64,000 nt of DNA from Corallochytrium limacisporum Hawaii. Taxonomy: Eukaryota > Protista > Pluriformea. Positions 46,228-56,312 of the stretch are shown piece by piece. The first letter of the stretch is position 1; each line of letters begins with the position of its first letter. Under the pieces are notes generated by a model. It was not told the origin of the DNA. It worked only from the letters and a program-made list of their open reading frames with translations, and did no database searches. Both the position numbers and the translations under genes were made by a program. The DNA lies in assembly GCA_002811645.1 (NCBI GenBank), contig PDIP01000036.1, positions 248,001 to 312,000 of the forward strand, in the 5' to 3' direction.

Positions 46228-47814
46228 TTAGTCCACAGTGCTTGAGGGCTGGTAGTCCTTCTCAGCGGTTGCGTAGAAGTCTTCAAGCTGGAACTTAAGG
46301 CTCTCAAACGTGGGACGCTCGTCGGGATTGGCATCCCAGCACTTCTCCATTATCGAATAAAGCTCATCGGGGCATCCCTTGGGCTGAGGCATGCGGTAAC
46401 CCTTCTGTACCATGTCGAGGACTTCTGCGTTGGACATGGCAGGGTAAGGGTTGCCACCACCAGTGACCAATTCCGTCAAAAGGATACCGAACGACCAGAC
46501 ATCGGACTTGATGGTGAACTTCGACCGCAGCATGGCTTCCGGTGCAGTCCATTTGATCGGAAACTTCGCTCCCTCATGTGCGGCGTACTCAGAGTCGTTT
46601 TCAATCAAACGAGCGAGACCAAAATCAGCAACCTTGACAATGTTGTTCTCTCCAACGAGAACGTTTCGCGCCGCCAGATCACGATGGATGAAGTTCCTGG
46701 ACTCTAAGTATGCCATACCATCAGCAACCTGAGCAGCAATGTCGATTAGAATGGGCAGAGTTAGATCAGCATGGCCCCGCAGGTAGTCCAGAAGCGAACC
46801 GTGCTTCATCAATTCCGTAATAATGTAGAAAGGTTCCCGATCAGTGCACACGGCGTAGAGACGGATCAGCTTGTCATGGCGCAGTTTCTTCATCACCTGA
46901 GCCTCAGCCAGGAACTCTTGGGGTTGCATGCTACCCGGCTTGAGGGTCTTCACAGCAACGGGAGTAGTTCCGCGCCACACTCCGGCCCATACTTCTCCAA
47001 ACTGTCCAGCACCCAGCTTCTTCTTGAGCTTGATATCTGTGCGAGGAATTTCCCACTGATCTTTAAGGTTGTATGCCAGATCGGGCAAGACGGGTCTCTC
47101 TGCAGGGGGACATGCCTTGCCCAAGCGACAGCACAGACCATCAGGATCGTTGCGGTAGTGATCAACCAAATCGTTCAGAGTTGCAAAAGCCAGGCCACGA
47201 CTAATAAAGTAGCTCTTATCGTCCATACGACGGATGCGGTAGTGCTTGACAGTCTGACCATCGCGAACACTGAGAGAGTAGTCACCTGGACGAGATTCAC
47301 TCTCGCGAATAAGGAACCCGGCAGGCCCGACAGTGTGTAACAGCAGCTTCTCAGCAACGTTCCGGCTGATGCTTCCGTGGAACCACTCCTCTTGTTGCAA
47401 AGAACGAACAGGGGCAATGAAATTGCTCGGAATGTAACCCTTCTGACCTGTGGATAGACTTTCAGCCTGCCACCAATCGCCGTCTGCGTTGTTGATAATT
47501 CGCAACTTCTCCCCCCGGCGGAAGCTTAAGTCTTCCGGAGTCCGTGCCTCGTAGTCATACAATGCCTGGAAGAGTTCTTCTTCAGCAGGAGGTGGTGATG
47601 TCGCCAGCTGACGAGCTTCCATGACTGGAGGTGCATGCATCTGCATAGGAATTTTCTGAGGTTCTTGCTGCTGGGCCATGCCGGGAGGTCTCTGGACCTG
47701 ACCTTGGGACTGGGCAAACTTCTGTGCATTAGGTTGTCCGTTTACGAACCCGCCATTTTGAACCCGTACAGGCTGCTGCCGCTGTTGAGTCTCCGTACTA
47801 CAGCAACCGCCCAT
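46228..47814 (-). CDS. SRC: Src-family non-receptor tyrosine kinase (SH4-SH3-SH2-kinase)
   Basis: MGGCCS acylation motif, ALYDY..WW..GYIPSN (SH3), [11 protein letters not shown] (SH2), [26 protein letters not shown] and C-terminal regulatory DYQP. Confidence 0.95.
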   Translation of the reverse strand: MGGCCSTETQQRQQPVRVQNGGFVNGQPNAQKFAQSQGQVQRPPGMAQQQEPQKIPMQMHAPPVMEARQLATSPPPAEEELFQALYDYEARTPEDLSFRRGEKLRIINNADGDWWQAESLSTGQKGYIPSNFIAPVRSLQQEEWFHGSISRNVAEKLLLHTVGPAGFLIRESESRPGDYSLSVRDGQTVKHYRIRRMDDKSYFISRGLAFATLNDLVDHYRNDPDGLCCRLGKACPPAERPVLPDLAYNLKDQWEIPRTDIKLKKKLGAGQFGEVWAGVWRGTTPVAVKTLKPGSMQPQEFLAEAQVMKKLRHDKLIRLYAVCTDREPFYIITELMKHGSLLDYLRGHADLTLPILIDIAAQVADGMAYLESRNFIHRDLAARNVLVGENNIVKVADFGLARLIENDSEYAAHEGAKFPIKWTAPEAMLRSKFTIKSDVWSFGILLTELVTGGGNPYPAMSNAEVLDMVQKGYRMPQPKGCPDELYSIMEKCWDANPDERPTFESLKFQLEDFYATAEKDYQPSSTVD

Positions 47815-49892
47815 TGTGTTTGTTCGTGCTCAAAGTAATTTCGAGTAGTCTATAGTATTGTCTGGCAAAGGAAAGACCTTTCAATTCCCAGGAACCCCCA
47901 GTCTTGTAGACTGTCTGAGTATGTGAACAATAGTGTGTTCTATCTGGAATAAGAATCACCCTAACACAGACACAGCATACGAAAGTTTGACTCAGGTATA
48001 CTGATCGGTAATTTTTCCGAACCGCCTATGGTCCTAAGGAAAGTTTCCCGCGTTAACTCTATTCAGTGGTGCATGTTATACATGCTATGTAATGGTTTTG
48101 CAGTTGTGAATGAAGACCATAGCATATATTTTAGAGACAATCTCCCACCTATACCTTCTTCGCGACTGGATCGGAACTCCATGAACACTCTGTTCACTCC
48201 AAATGGACAGGCTCTAAAAGTTGACTCCAACGATACCTGAAAGCAACAAGCAAACGGTTCCGCCTATTTGCGATGTGGCTCACCCCGTGTTTTGTCTCAT
48301 AAAAGCCAGCCCTCCAGCGACTTTTTTTTTGCTCCCTTCTCCAATGGCTTGGCCCGTTTCCCCCCTTTGGTGCTGAGGTTGTGTCTCTGGTTTTTTCCCG
48401 GTTCACAAAATAAACACATCCTCCTCTGGCCTCTTCGTTTTGGGCCTCTTTATGTGAGTCCATTCCATACATGGCATTCATACCGTCGACAGCAACACTG
48501 ACCAAGAAAGCGAGAACGAATTGAGGGGAGAGGGAAGAAAGGGAAAATGGGCCACCTTACTTTTTTCCTTTCTTTTTTTCTTTCAAAAAAGATCAAAATC
48601 AATGAAAGGAAACTGGCAAGAATGCAAACATAGCGGTCACCGGTATCAGTACATTAAGTATATACCTATGTGATTCTCCGGAACACCAGAGCACGTAACA
48701 AAGAACGACAAAGAGGAATACCGGAGAGACACCGGCCATCTGCTGCAGTTTCTGTCCGCCCGTTGCGGCGAACCTCCAATGCTTACCAAAGAGAGAAGGT
48801 GTCCGATGTTTCCATACTTAATATACTGAATCGCCACGTCTCCAGAGGGGTCCTAATGTACTTTATTGGGAAACCGTTCGGACCATTTCCGTTGGTACCA
48901 GGGTCTTAGCTTCTCTCCCTGGCCTTCGGGAAAACCCTCTCGGACCTCGTTAGGGCCTTGGCTGATAATACTCAATGAACTGTTCCAAAACCACAAAACA
49001 ATCAAAAAAATGAAAACGAGAGAAACAAGGTGAACGGACATCGGGGTCGGTCCCCCCCTCCACTTCTCCTTTTCTAACGCTGGCGGGCCCACTGTTACTG
49101 CTGCTGCTGCTGCTTGCTGCTGCTGCTGGCCTTGGGACGGCGCTTGGAGTTCGCCAGAGTTGGACCAGCCAATTCTACTGCACTACCAGCTGGTAGCCAG
49201 TCAGAACTGGGGGAAACCCAAGGGGGGAGGAGGAAGGGGACGGAGAGAAACAAAGGGGAAAAAAAAGGCCCAAAAAGAAATACGAAAACACGCGAGCGGT
49301 GTGAAGGGAAGGAAACCGGGGCGGTTGGGGTGGCCAAACAGTTCCGACCCGGGGCGAGGGAGGGAGGGGGCCAACCAAGCACCACAGAAAAAAAAATGTG
49401 ATTTCCGGGAAGTTTCCGGTTATTCAGAAAAAGGCCCGGGGAGGGGTGGGGAGGGAAAGTAGTTTTCGGCGAGGGGTGAGACCAATGGATGGCCCGCGCG
49501 TCCAACTCACCAACGGCCAGCCAACCCTCTCCCGTGGCTCTTTTTCTGCTGCGGAGGCTGGTGTGGTGAGTGGCGGCGCGCCTCCATGGCCGTTGCTTTC
49601 TTTAACCTTTCGTTTTTCTTTTTTGGTTTTAGAATTCCAATCAGCCCCGTTTCTTCTGTTGTCCGCTCCTTTTTTTTTTCTTTGGTGCCTCTCTCTGTCT
49701 TTTGGCTTGTGCGCCCCACTGCCCATCATTCTCATTTTTTGCGAGAGACCCCCGCTGAGAGAAAGAAGCTCCCGGGCCCGGGGAACCACAGAACTAAAAG
49801 AAAAAATGGGAAATATAAAAAAAAACACGAGAGAGACTGAAGAAGGGTGGGTGGGTGGAAGAGAAAAGAGTAGGTCCCCCCCCCCCCTCCCC

Positions 49893-50117
49893 NNNNNNNN
49901 NNNNNNNNNNNNNNNNNNNNNNNNNNNNNNNNNNNNNNNNNNNNNNNNNNNNNNNNNNNNNNNNNNNNNNNNNNNNNNNNNNNNNNNNNNNNNNNNNNNN
50001 NNNNNNNNNNNNNNNNNNNNNNNNNNNNNNNNNNNNNNNNNNNNNNNNNNNNNNNNNNNNNNNNNNNNNNNNNNNNNNNNNNNNNNNNNNNNNNNNNNNN
50101 NNNNNNNNNNNNNNNNN
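49893..50117. other. Assembly gap (225 N)
   Basis: Run of N flanked by poly-C and poly-G tracts. Confidence 1.
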
Positions 50118-51138
50118 GGGGTAAAAGGGGGGAGGCGGTTCTCCCCGTTCCCTGTTGCCCACTGTCCTTCCCGTCAACCTCATGCCGCCCCCCCCCTCCC
50201 TCCAACCCCTATTTCACTGCTCGTACTGATTCTATCAGCACCTAACCCCCTCCCCCTTTTTCTTCTCCTACTTTGGTATGTTTTCCCCTTCTCCTCGCCA
50301 ACCTTTTCCCATACATTCTCTAGCGTAAGGGTGTGATATGTTGAAGGGCGGTGTGTTTACTTTGCCAAGGGCCCAACTCACCCTCTGCGGACTGGTTCCC
50401 GGCCAACCAGCCGTCCGGGGATAAATGATTTGAACCGGGGCCGGCCAACAGTAATGAGTGTATGAACTGCCGATGAATGGGCCCTTTTTATTTTTCGTTT
50501 TGGGCTGGAACCAATTACAGCCAACCTCCGAGGGCAACCGCCTGCAAGCGAAGCACGATCGATATCTGTGGTGGCGGGCTTTGGGAAGTGCCCGCTACAT
50601 TGATTATGAATTTGCGATCCCCCGGGCATGGGGAGACTGGGAGGGAAACCTGCGCCCTCCCTTCCGTCCCTCCGATCGGGAGAAGGGCAGCTGGCCTCCA
50701 GGCAGCGCATAAGAGAAACCGAAGGAAGGGGAAGTTTTTTTTTCTTTGTTTTCAGAAATTTAAAGTCAGCCTTTTTGGCCCCACAACCGTAACTACCACG
50801 TCTCAGCTCAACTTTTTATTTCTGCTTTTGTCTTTTCTTTTTTTTTTCTTGCTGGAAACAGAAAAGGCCCGTGTGGGCCTTCGTTTCAACTCCCCAGGTC
50901 AGTGGCTTTTTTACGCGCCAGATCCGTCCGATTGGCTTCGTTCCCCCTGTCTACTAACTACCGGCGACGAGGGAAGGGTCCCCCCCCCTCTCCCGGGGGA
51001 CCCAGAAAGAGGTTGACTAATTAGATAGCGAACTTAAAAAAAGCAGATTGCACCGGCGGTGAAAAGAAAAAAAAAGGGAAAGAACTGAACCCCCATATGA
51101 TCGGTTTAATGAAATTGATTCTGGGCACGCAGCTGCCG

Positions 51139-51822
51139 TCATCGATTCTTCCGTGGTCGCCGGACTGCTTTCAGCACCTTGAGGTGTTCAGGTCCAGCCC
51201 TACGCTCCACAATGGTGCTGACCTCAAGTTCCTGTGTCGAGAGTTGCTCAGTTAAATCTGCTAAATCGTTTTCTGGTAATGCAATCATGTACAGTGTACC
51301 ACCGTCCGTGAGGAGCATTCCGATGTCCGGCAGGATGCGATCCGTTACCTCACGGCCTTTAACACCCCCGGCCCATGATCGAGCCAAACTTGAGCTGTTG
51401 ATTTCCTCCGTTGAAGTTGGAACGTAGGGTGGATTAAAGAGGATCACATCAGCAAACCCCACGGATGGTGAAAAGCGAAGGGCGCTATGTAAATCTGAGG
51501 TAATAGTGTCGATTGGTATCTTATTAGCTTGTCCTGTTTTGTACGTCGCATTTGTCGCCCTGGGATTTATGTCGATACCTACAAAATGGCACGGTATCTC
51601 GTGTGATGTTTCCTCTATCGCTTTCAAAACGATACCCAGATGAGAAAGTACCACACCGCTCCCGCAGCCGATCTCCATGGCCAATGCCGGTTTCAAATTT
51701 GCTAAGTGTTCCAGGTCTCCTTCGATTGCATCCATGAGAAGAAACGTGTCCTCAGCTGGTTCATATAGATGATTAAAGTCCTCAGAACCCAGGTGCGCCG
51801 TTTTGGGACTTGGAAACTTCAT
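51139..51822 (-). CDS. N6AMT1: eRF1 glutamine methyltransferase N6AMT1/HemK2/Mtq2
   Basis: YEPAEDTFLLMDA, EIGCGSG, DINP, FNPPYVPT, SWAGG..GREV and ERRAG.E.L. Confidence 0.95.
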   Translation of the reverse strand: MKFPSPKTAHLGSEDFNHLYEPAEDTFLLMDAIEGDLEHLANLKPALAMEIGCGSGVVLSHLGIVLKAIEETSHEIPCHFVGIDINPRATNATYKTGQANKIPIDTITSDLHSALRFSPSVGFADVILFNPPYVPTSTEEINSSSLARSWAGGVKGREVTDRILPDIGMLLTDGGTLYMIALPENDLADLTEQLSTQELEVSTIVERRAGPEHLKVLKAVRRPRKNR

Positions 51823-52097
51823 GATGAAACTCTGTCCTCTTGTTTAACGTCTTGATCCTCATTCTTCGCGGCCCTTGGGAAAAAGAAAGGTGCCCATGTG
51901 GAAAGGCTATTCTCTGTTGCTTTTACGCCCCGCAGATTTCCCTCTGTTGACGCCCTTTGGCTCAGTGTATCTACCTCAGTTTCGATATCTTTCAAATGTG
52001 ATATCGTTGTCTGCAATTCCTTCACAATGGCGACGTCAACCTGCAAGTCTCTATCTTGTTCGATGGCCGCATTGATTTCCTCCAAAGTCAGTGGCAT
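51819..52097 (-). CDS. Uncharacterised 92-aa helical protein whose TGA overlaps the N6AMT1 ATG
   Basis: ACC-ATG start just after a GCTAAC...CAG acceptor. Protein-like amphipathic sequence (MPLTLEEINAAIEQDRDLQVDVAIVKELQTTISHLKDIE...). Fills most of the WDR6-N6AMT1 interval. Confidence 0.6.
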   Translation of the reverse strand: MPLTLEEINAAIEQDRDLQVDVAIVKELQTTISHLKDIETEVDTLSQRASTEGNLRGVKATENSLSTWAPFFFPRAAKNEDQDVKQEDRVSS

Positions 52098-52221
52098 GGT
52101 CTGCACGGACCAACTGTTAGCGTCTACTTGTACGATTTAAACCTCACTAACTAACTTTATCGAAATATAAAGCAAATCGAAAGCAAAATTGTTGGGTGTG
52201 GTGGTCCACAGCGGTATCGTC

Positions 52222-55200
52222 TCAACTAGCTGCAGGCGCAAGGGTGATAGAGACATTGCTTCCTCTCCCTCTCCGCAATGTCGCAGGTTCGGTGGGGGCC
52301 CAGGTGCGCAGGCGAAGGAAACACAGTCCTATGCCAACCACACCAACAGTAATATCCTGGGCAATGTCATCTGTGTCTTTTCGAGCACCTTCAGCTTCCT
52401 TTTCCACTGGGACATCAATTGGGACATTAGAAAAGAAATCCATGTCCTGTGGATCGGCCACATGAATGATAGTACTGGCGGTTAGCGAGAAACTCAGGAC
52501 AGTCTCATCGACGGTCCAAATATTGAGTCGTTGGTCGATTGATAAGCTCATGAACATCAAGGGATCTCGCTTGTTCTTGCGACGTGGCAGCCATTTGATG
52601 CATGTCACCATTGAGCTGTGGGCAGCTTCTTCGACAAAGAAATCCACCTTGCGGGCGTCATCCGCGTACACCTCGGTCAAGGCTATGGCATTGTCATCTC
52701 CTCCCGAGGCAACGAGCCACGAGTCTTTGGCATGCTCCACCACTGCGATAGCGTTCACGCCAGACTGATGAGGCCGAAACTTACTACGGGGCGTGCCAGT
52801 GGCCGGATCCATCCGTTGCACTTCACCATTGGTAAGTCCGACCAGAACGATTTCTTCAGGACTTCCTTCAGTTCGCGTGATCCATTGCATACTGAGGATA
52901 CATCGGCCAGCCTTGTATGACCAAATCACATTGTGATGGCGGCTTTCTGCATCTATTTCCACTCTGAATAGGTGCATATTGGAGGATCCGGCCAAGAACA
53001 CCAATGGATTTTGCGGGCTGGTGGTGATGGCCATGTAGCGCGCTTCATCGTTTTGTCCAAGGGAGTCACCCACGGACTTTACCAAATGTTGTGGCAAACC
53101 AGAGCGGAACAAGAATCGGAGGCGCCGGTGCCTTCCCTCCAGAACCTGACCTTCCCAGGAACGAATTTCCTCTTTCGCACCTGCAGAATACATCCAGATC
53201 TGCTGATCCTGCCCAGTCACAGCGAGGGACGTAATTGTGCCCTTGTGACGTTCAAGGATGTGTACGTTCATCGGAGGTTCTCGTCGTGAACGCGGATTGC
53301 GATTCACCGATGCATCCCAGTGATGAACCATGGCGTATCCTGCATCTCCGCCACTGATACCACATAAGGTCGTGTCATCTAGTTTGCGAAGACAGAGAGC
53401 ACGGCTCTCTCGGGTATGAGACGGAGGGAAGTGCCGCTCAATCAAGCGCCAGTGACTCTTTGTATGGTCCAAATTCTGGGCAATGGCAATGTTCAATTTA
53501 GAGTCGCGGATGTATCCAAACCAATACCTGAGTGTTCCAGATTCAGTCTGGTAGTAGCTCGATGTCCAGGATCTGTGATGACCTCCACAGGGAACAGAAA
53601 GCATCAGTTTCTTATCCTGCAAATTGTACAGGTTGAATGATTTGTTGAAGAAACATCCAACGATGACAACAAAATCGTCCCGGATTCCGAGTTGCTTGTT
53701 GGTCCGATCGTGTACAGATGAATTGCCAAGCGGCAAGAGGCATGCGATTAGATTTGCATTTCTTGCCACCTTGGTCATTTTGAATATTTCAATCCTTTCA
53801 ATGACCCACGTAGTCGATTCGTCGGCATTGGTGTTCTCTTTCACTGCAAACAAGCAAATTGCACCGTCCATCATACCACAGCTCAAATAGTGTCCCGAGT
53901 CTGTCACGTAAATGCTTGCAATTCCTCTTTTACTGTGAACGCTCGCAGTGGTCACCGTCGACTCCACAACACCAGTGGTATCGGCAGAGATCTGGAAAGC
54001 CCGCACGAAACCATTGCGCATACCAGTGACAACTAGATTCCTTTCTGCATCAAAAGCTGCAGAGGTAATCATTTCGTCCACAGAGGTCTCCCATTGGAAG
54101 ATCATCCCAGGGACTGTGCTAGTCGGGTTGTTCACATCGCACGTCCACAGTGTGTGTTGGCCTTGTGAATCACATATCAGCAACATTGATGGGGAGAGTG
54201 GCTCCATCACTGAGACATTGGCAATATTCAGCCCCGCGAACTCTTCAATATTAGCAGCCTGATCGATGCGAAGAATTACTCCAGCAAATGTTGCACATAG
54301 AATGCACTGTCCATCTGCTGTCCCTTTGCTTACGAGGCACCGACGCAAGAACTCGCTGTGCGAGGAAATTGCATGGGCCATAAACTCATCAGGGCCATGT
54401 GCCATACTACCCACTGAGATTCGACCGTCATCATAAAATACACATGCAAATGATGAGGAACCTCCAAATGCCTGGATGCGACTCACACTTGCTTTGCTGT
54501 CGTCTATGACTACTTCAATCTCCGGATGACTCTCGTCTATACCGACTGCCGACGCCGTCTGCCATACCTTAATCTCACCATTGTCATGACCTAGAAGTAC
54601 ATCATTTCCGCCTGTATCATTCGTACACTCAGCCGTTGGGATGACTGTACTGGTCCAAATGCTGTTCCCTGCAAGTCCCACCCTCTCCGCCACACGGGTA
54701 ACTTCTTTACTATTGGAGGCATCCCAGAGTATAGCACGGCCGTCTTCGCCAGTCGATAGCAATTCGACAACTGTAGCTGCATGCCACGATACATTCCAAA
54801 CACGTCCATGATGACCGCGAAGCACTGCATACGGAACCAAAGTTTCGTTCTCCGTGATATCTTGGAGATTCCACAACCGTACCGTACGATCATCCGAACC
54901 GGACGCCAGTAGGCTGTGTTGATGAGGATTAAATGACAAAGTAAAGATGGCGCCTTCATGGCCTTTGAGAAACACAGGGGTACTATACTTTCCTTCCTCA
55001 AAACTCCATAGAAAGATTTCCTTGAAGACGGTACCGATAGCAACCGTTGGCTGATCGTCGGGTTGGAATGCCGCCGCGTACAAAATTGAGCAATACTGTC
55101 CTTCATGTGTTACGGAGCTTCCAAAACAGATACTGTCATCTGATACATGCACAGGTACCCGGATCACCTTGTTATGCGCCGTAATGGTGTCCATGATGAT

Positions 55201-55656
55201 AGATCCGTCATATTGGTCTGTCCGCGCCAGTCTGACATCTAGAATACGATCTCCTACTCTGTACGCTTTGTGCTGTGTCACTGTCACTGTGCGTTCGCTC
55301 TTGACGGGCAGAACCACGACCTCCGTTACACATTGACACAGGAGATACTCGGCACGTCCATCATCTCCATGAACTACAAAGCTGCGAATCTTATGGATAC
55401 GCTCGAGGCCATGGATTTGTCGTTCAAGTACCTTGATGCCTGACTTTCCGTCAAAAATCCGAATAAAGGGTCCAATGCCGACGCAAAGAAGTGGACCGAG
55501 AGTGAATCCCTGTCCTGGATCTGTTTCACTGCTGGATATCCAGTGTAAAGCAGTGATAGGCCCAATGAATGCACCATCGAGGGGTTCAACATCGAGATTG
55601 CCCCACGTTGCAACGGGTCGTTTACTTCCTGGTCTCGGCATCTGCGAACCGATCAT
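52222..55656 (-). CDS. WDR6: WD40-repeat protein WDR6/Trm734 (cofactor of tRNA 2'-O-methyltransferase Trm7/FTSJ1)
   Basis: GPITAL, SILYAA, GTVF.EI, GHEGAIF, SGSDDRTVRLW, GH.GRVW, CGG.HRSW, HQSGVNAI, SGGDDNA, AHSS and SIDQRL occur in the WDR6 order. First ATG at 55656. Confidence 0.88.
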   Translation of the reverse strand: MIGSQMPRPGSKRPVATWGNLDVEPLDGAFIGPITALHWISSSETDPGQGFTLGPLLCVGIGPFIRIFDGKSGIKVLERQIHGLERIHKIRSFVVHGDDGRAEYLLCQCVTEVVVLPVKSERTVTVTQHKAYRVGDRILDVRLARTDQYDGSIIMDTITAHNKVIRVPVHVSDDSICFGSSVTHEGQYCSILYAAAFQPDDQPTVAIGTVFKEIFLWSFEEGKYSTPVFLKGHEGAIFTLSFNPHQHSLLASGSDDRTVRLWNLQDITENETLVPYAVLRGHHGRVWNVSWHAATVVELLSTGEDGRAILWDASNSKEVTRVAERVGLAGNSIWTSTVIPTAECTNDTGGNDVLLGHDNGEIKVWQTASAVGIDESHPEIEVVIDDSKASVSRIQAFGGSSSFACVFYDDGRISVGSMAHGPDEFMAHAISSHSEFLRRCLVSKGTADGQCILCATFAGVILRIDQAANIEEFAGLNIANVSVMEPLSPSMLLICDSQGQHTLWTCDVNNPTSTVPGMIFQWETSVDEMITSAAFDAERNLVVTGMRNGFVRAFQISADTTGVVESTVTTASVHSKRGIASIYVTDSGHYLSCGMMDGAICLFAVKENTNADESTTWVIERIEIFKMTKVARNANLIACLLPLGNSSVHDRTNKQLGIRDDFVVIVGCFFNKSFNLYNLQDKKLMLSVPCGGHHRSWTSSYYQTESGTLRYWFGYIRDSKLNIAIAQNLDHTKSHWRLIERHFPPSHTRESRALCLRKLDDTTLCGISGGDAGYAMVHHWDASVNRNPRSRREPPMNVHILERHKGTITSLAVTGQDQQIWMYSAGAKEEIRSWEGQVLEGRHRRLRFLFRSGLPQHLVKSVGDSLGQNDEARYMAITTSPQNPLVFLAGSSNMHLFRVEIDAESRHHNVIWSYKAGRCILSMQWITRTEGSPEEIVLVGLTNGEVQRMDPATGTPRSKFRPHQSGVNAIAVVEHAKDSWLVASGGDDNAIALTEVYADDARKVDFFVEEAAHSSMVTCIKWLPRRKNKRDPLMFMSLSIDQRLNIWTVDETVLSFSLTASTIIHVADPQDMDFFSNVPIDVPVEKEAEGARKDTDDIAQDITVGVVGIGLCFLRLRTWAPTEPATLRRGRGSNVSITLAPAAS

Positions 55657-56312
55657 GGTCCCGTTGAAGCAGCCATATTTTCTCAATCTCTGCTGCTGAT
55701 TTTCCGTCCTCTAGCCCATTGTAAAGTAATTTATCGAAACTTGAGTCGTTCAGGGTGTCGACATCCTGTTGCTTAATACCAGTACTCGTGTGTTAACGAA
55801 GTACGCCATGTGAGACCCGCAATTTACACGAGTCCCTCACTAGTGCTGCCTTCACTATCAAATTCCCCATTGTGATAAGCAGTCTCGTAGCATTCCATTT
55901 TAATCGTTCTAACCACGAAAACGTTTGAAACCTACGGGAGGTGCTCCTCTCTGTGGGTAAGAAAGAGAAAACTTCGGTACATTTAGGCCCGGGCCAGGGC
56001 ATCGCCAGAGACAGGACGTCGGACATACCGGGTTTCGCGCTCGTTGGGGGTTTTCCCATCACCTGCATTTTACGCAATTCGGAGGTGAGGTGATCGTCCT
56101 TTACTCGTTCGGGTCCGACTGTGCCGCGCGGCCCACAGACATTGTAAGTTACCACCGAGACCGCGCCAATGATCGCCTCCAACGAGCCTTTCAAAGGTCT
56201 TGTACGTAAATATTATTGTGCCCCATGTGTTGGTATTAGAGGCAACAAGGTCATGGGTCTCTCACAGAGAAATACTGATCCTGCTACGCTCCCAATCACA
56301 AGTGATTCCCCA
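55657..56312. promoter_or_regulatory. Divergent promoter region of WDR6 and the NuiA-like gene
   Basis: About 650 nt between diverging ATGs, with a central GGCCCGGGCC palindrome at 55986-55995. Confidence 0.55.

Noticed and set aside
49398-50336. ORFs of up to 312 aa spanning the N gap
   Set aside because: Artefacts of translating Ns and low-complexity sequence.
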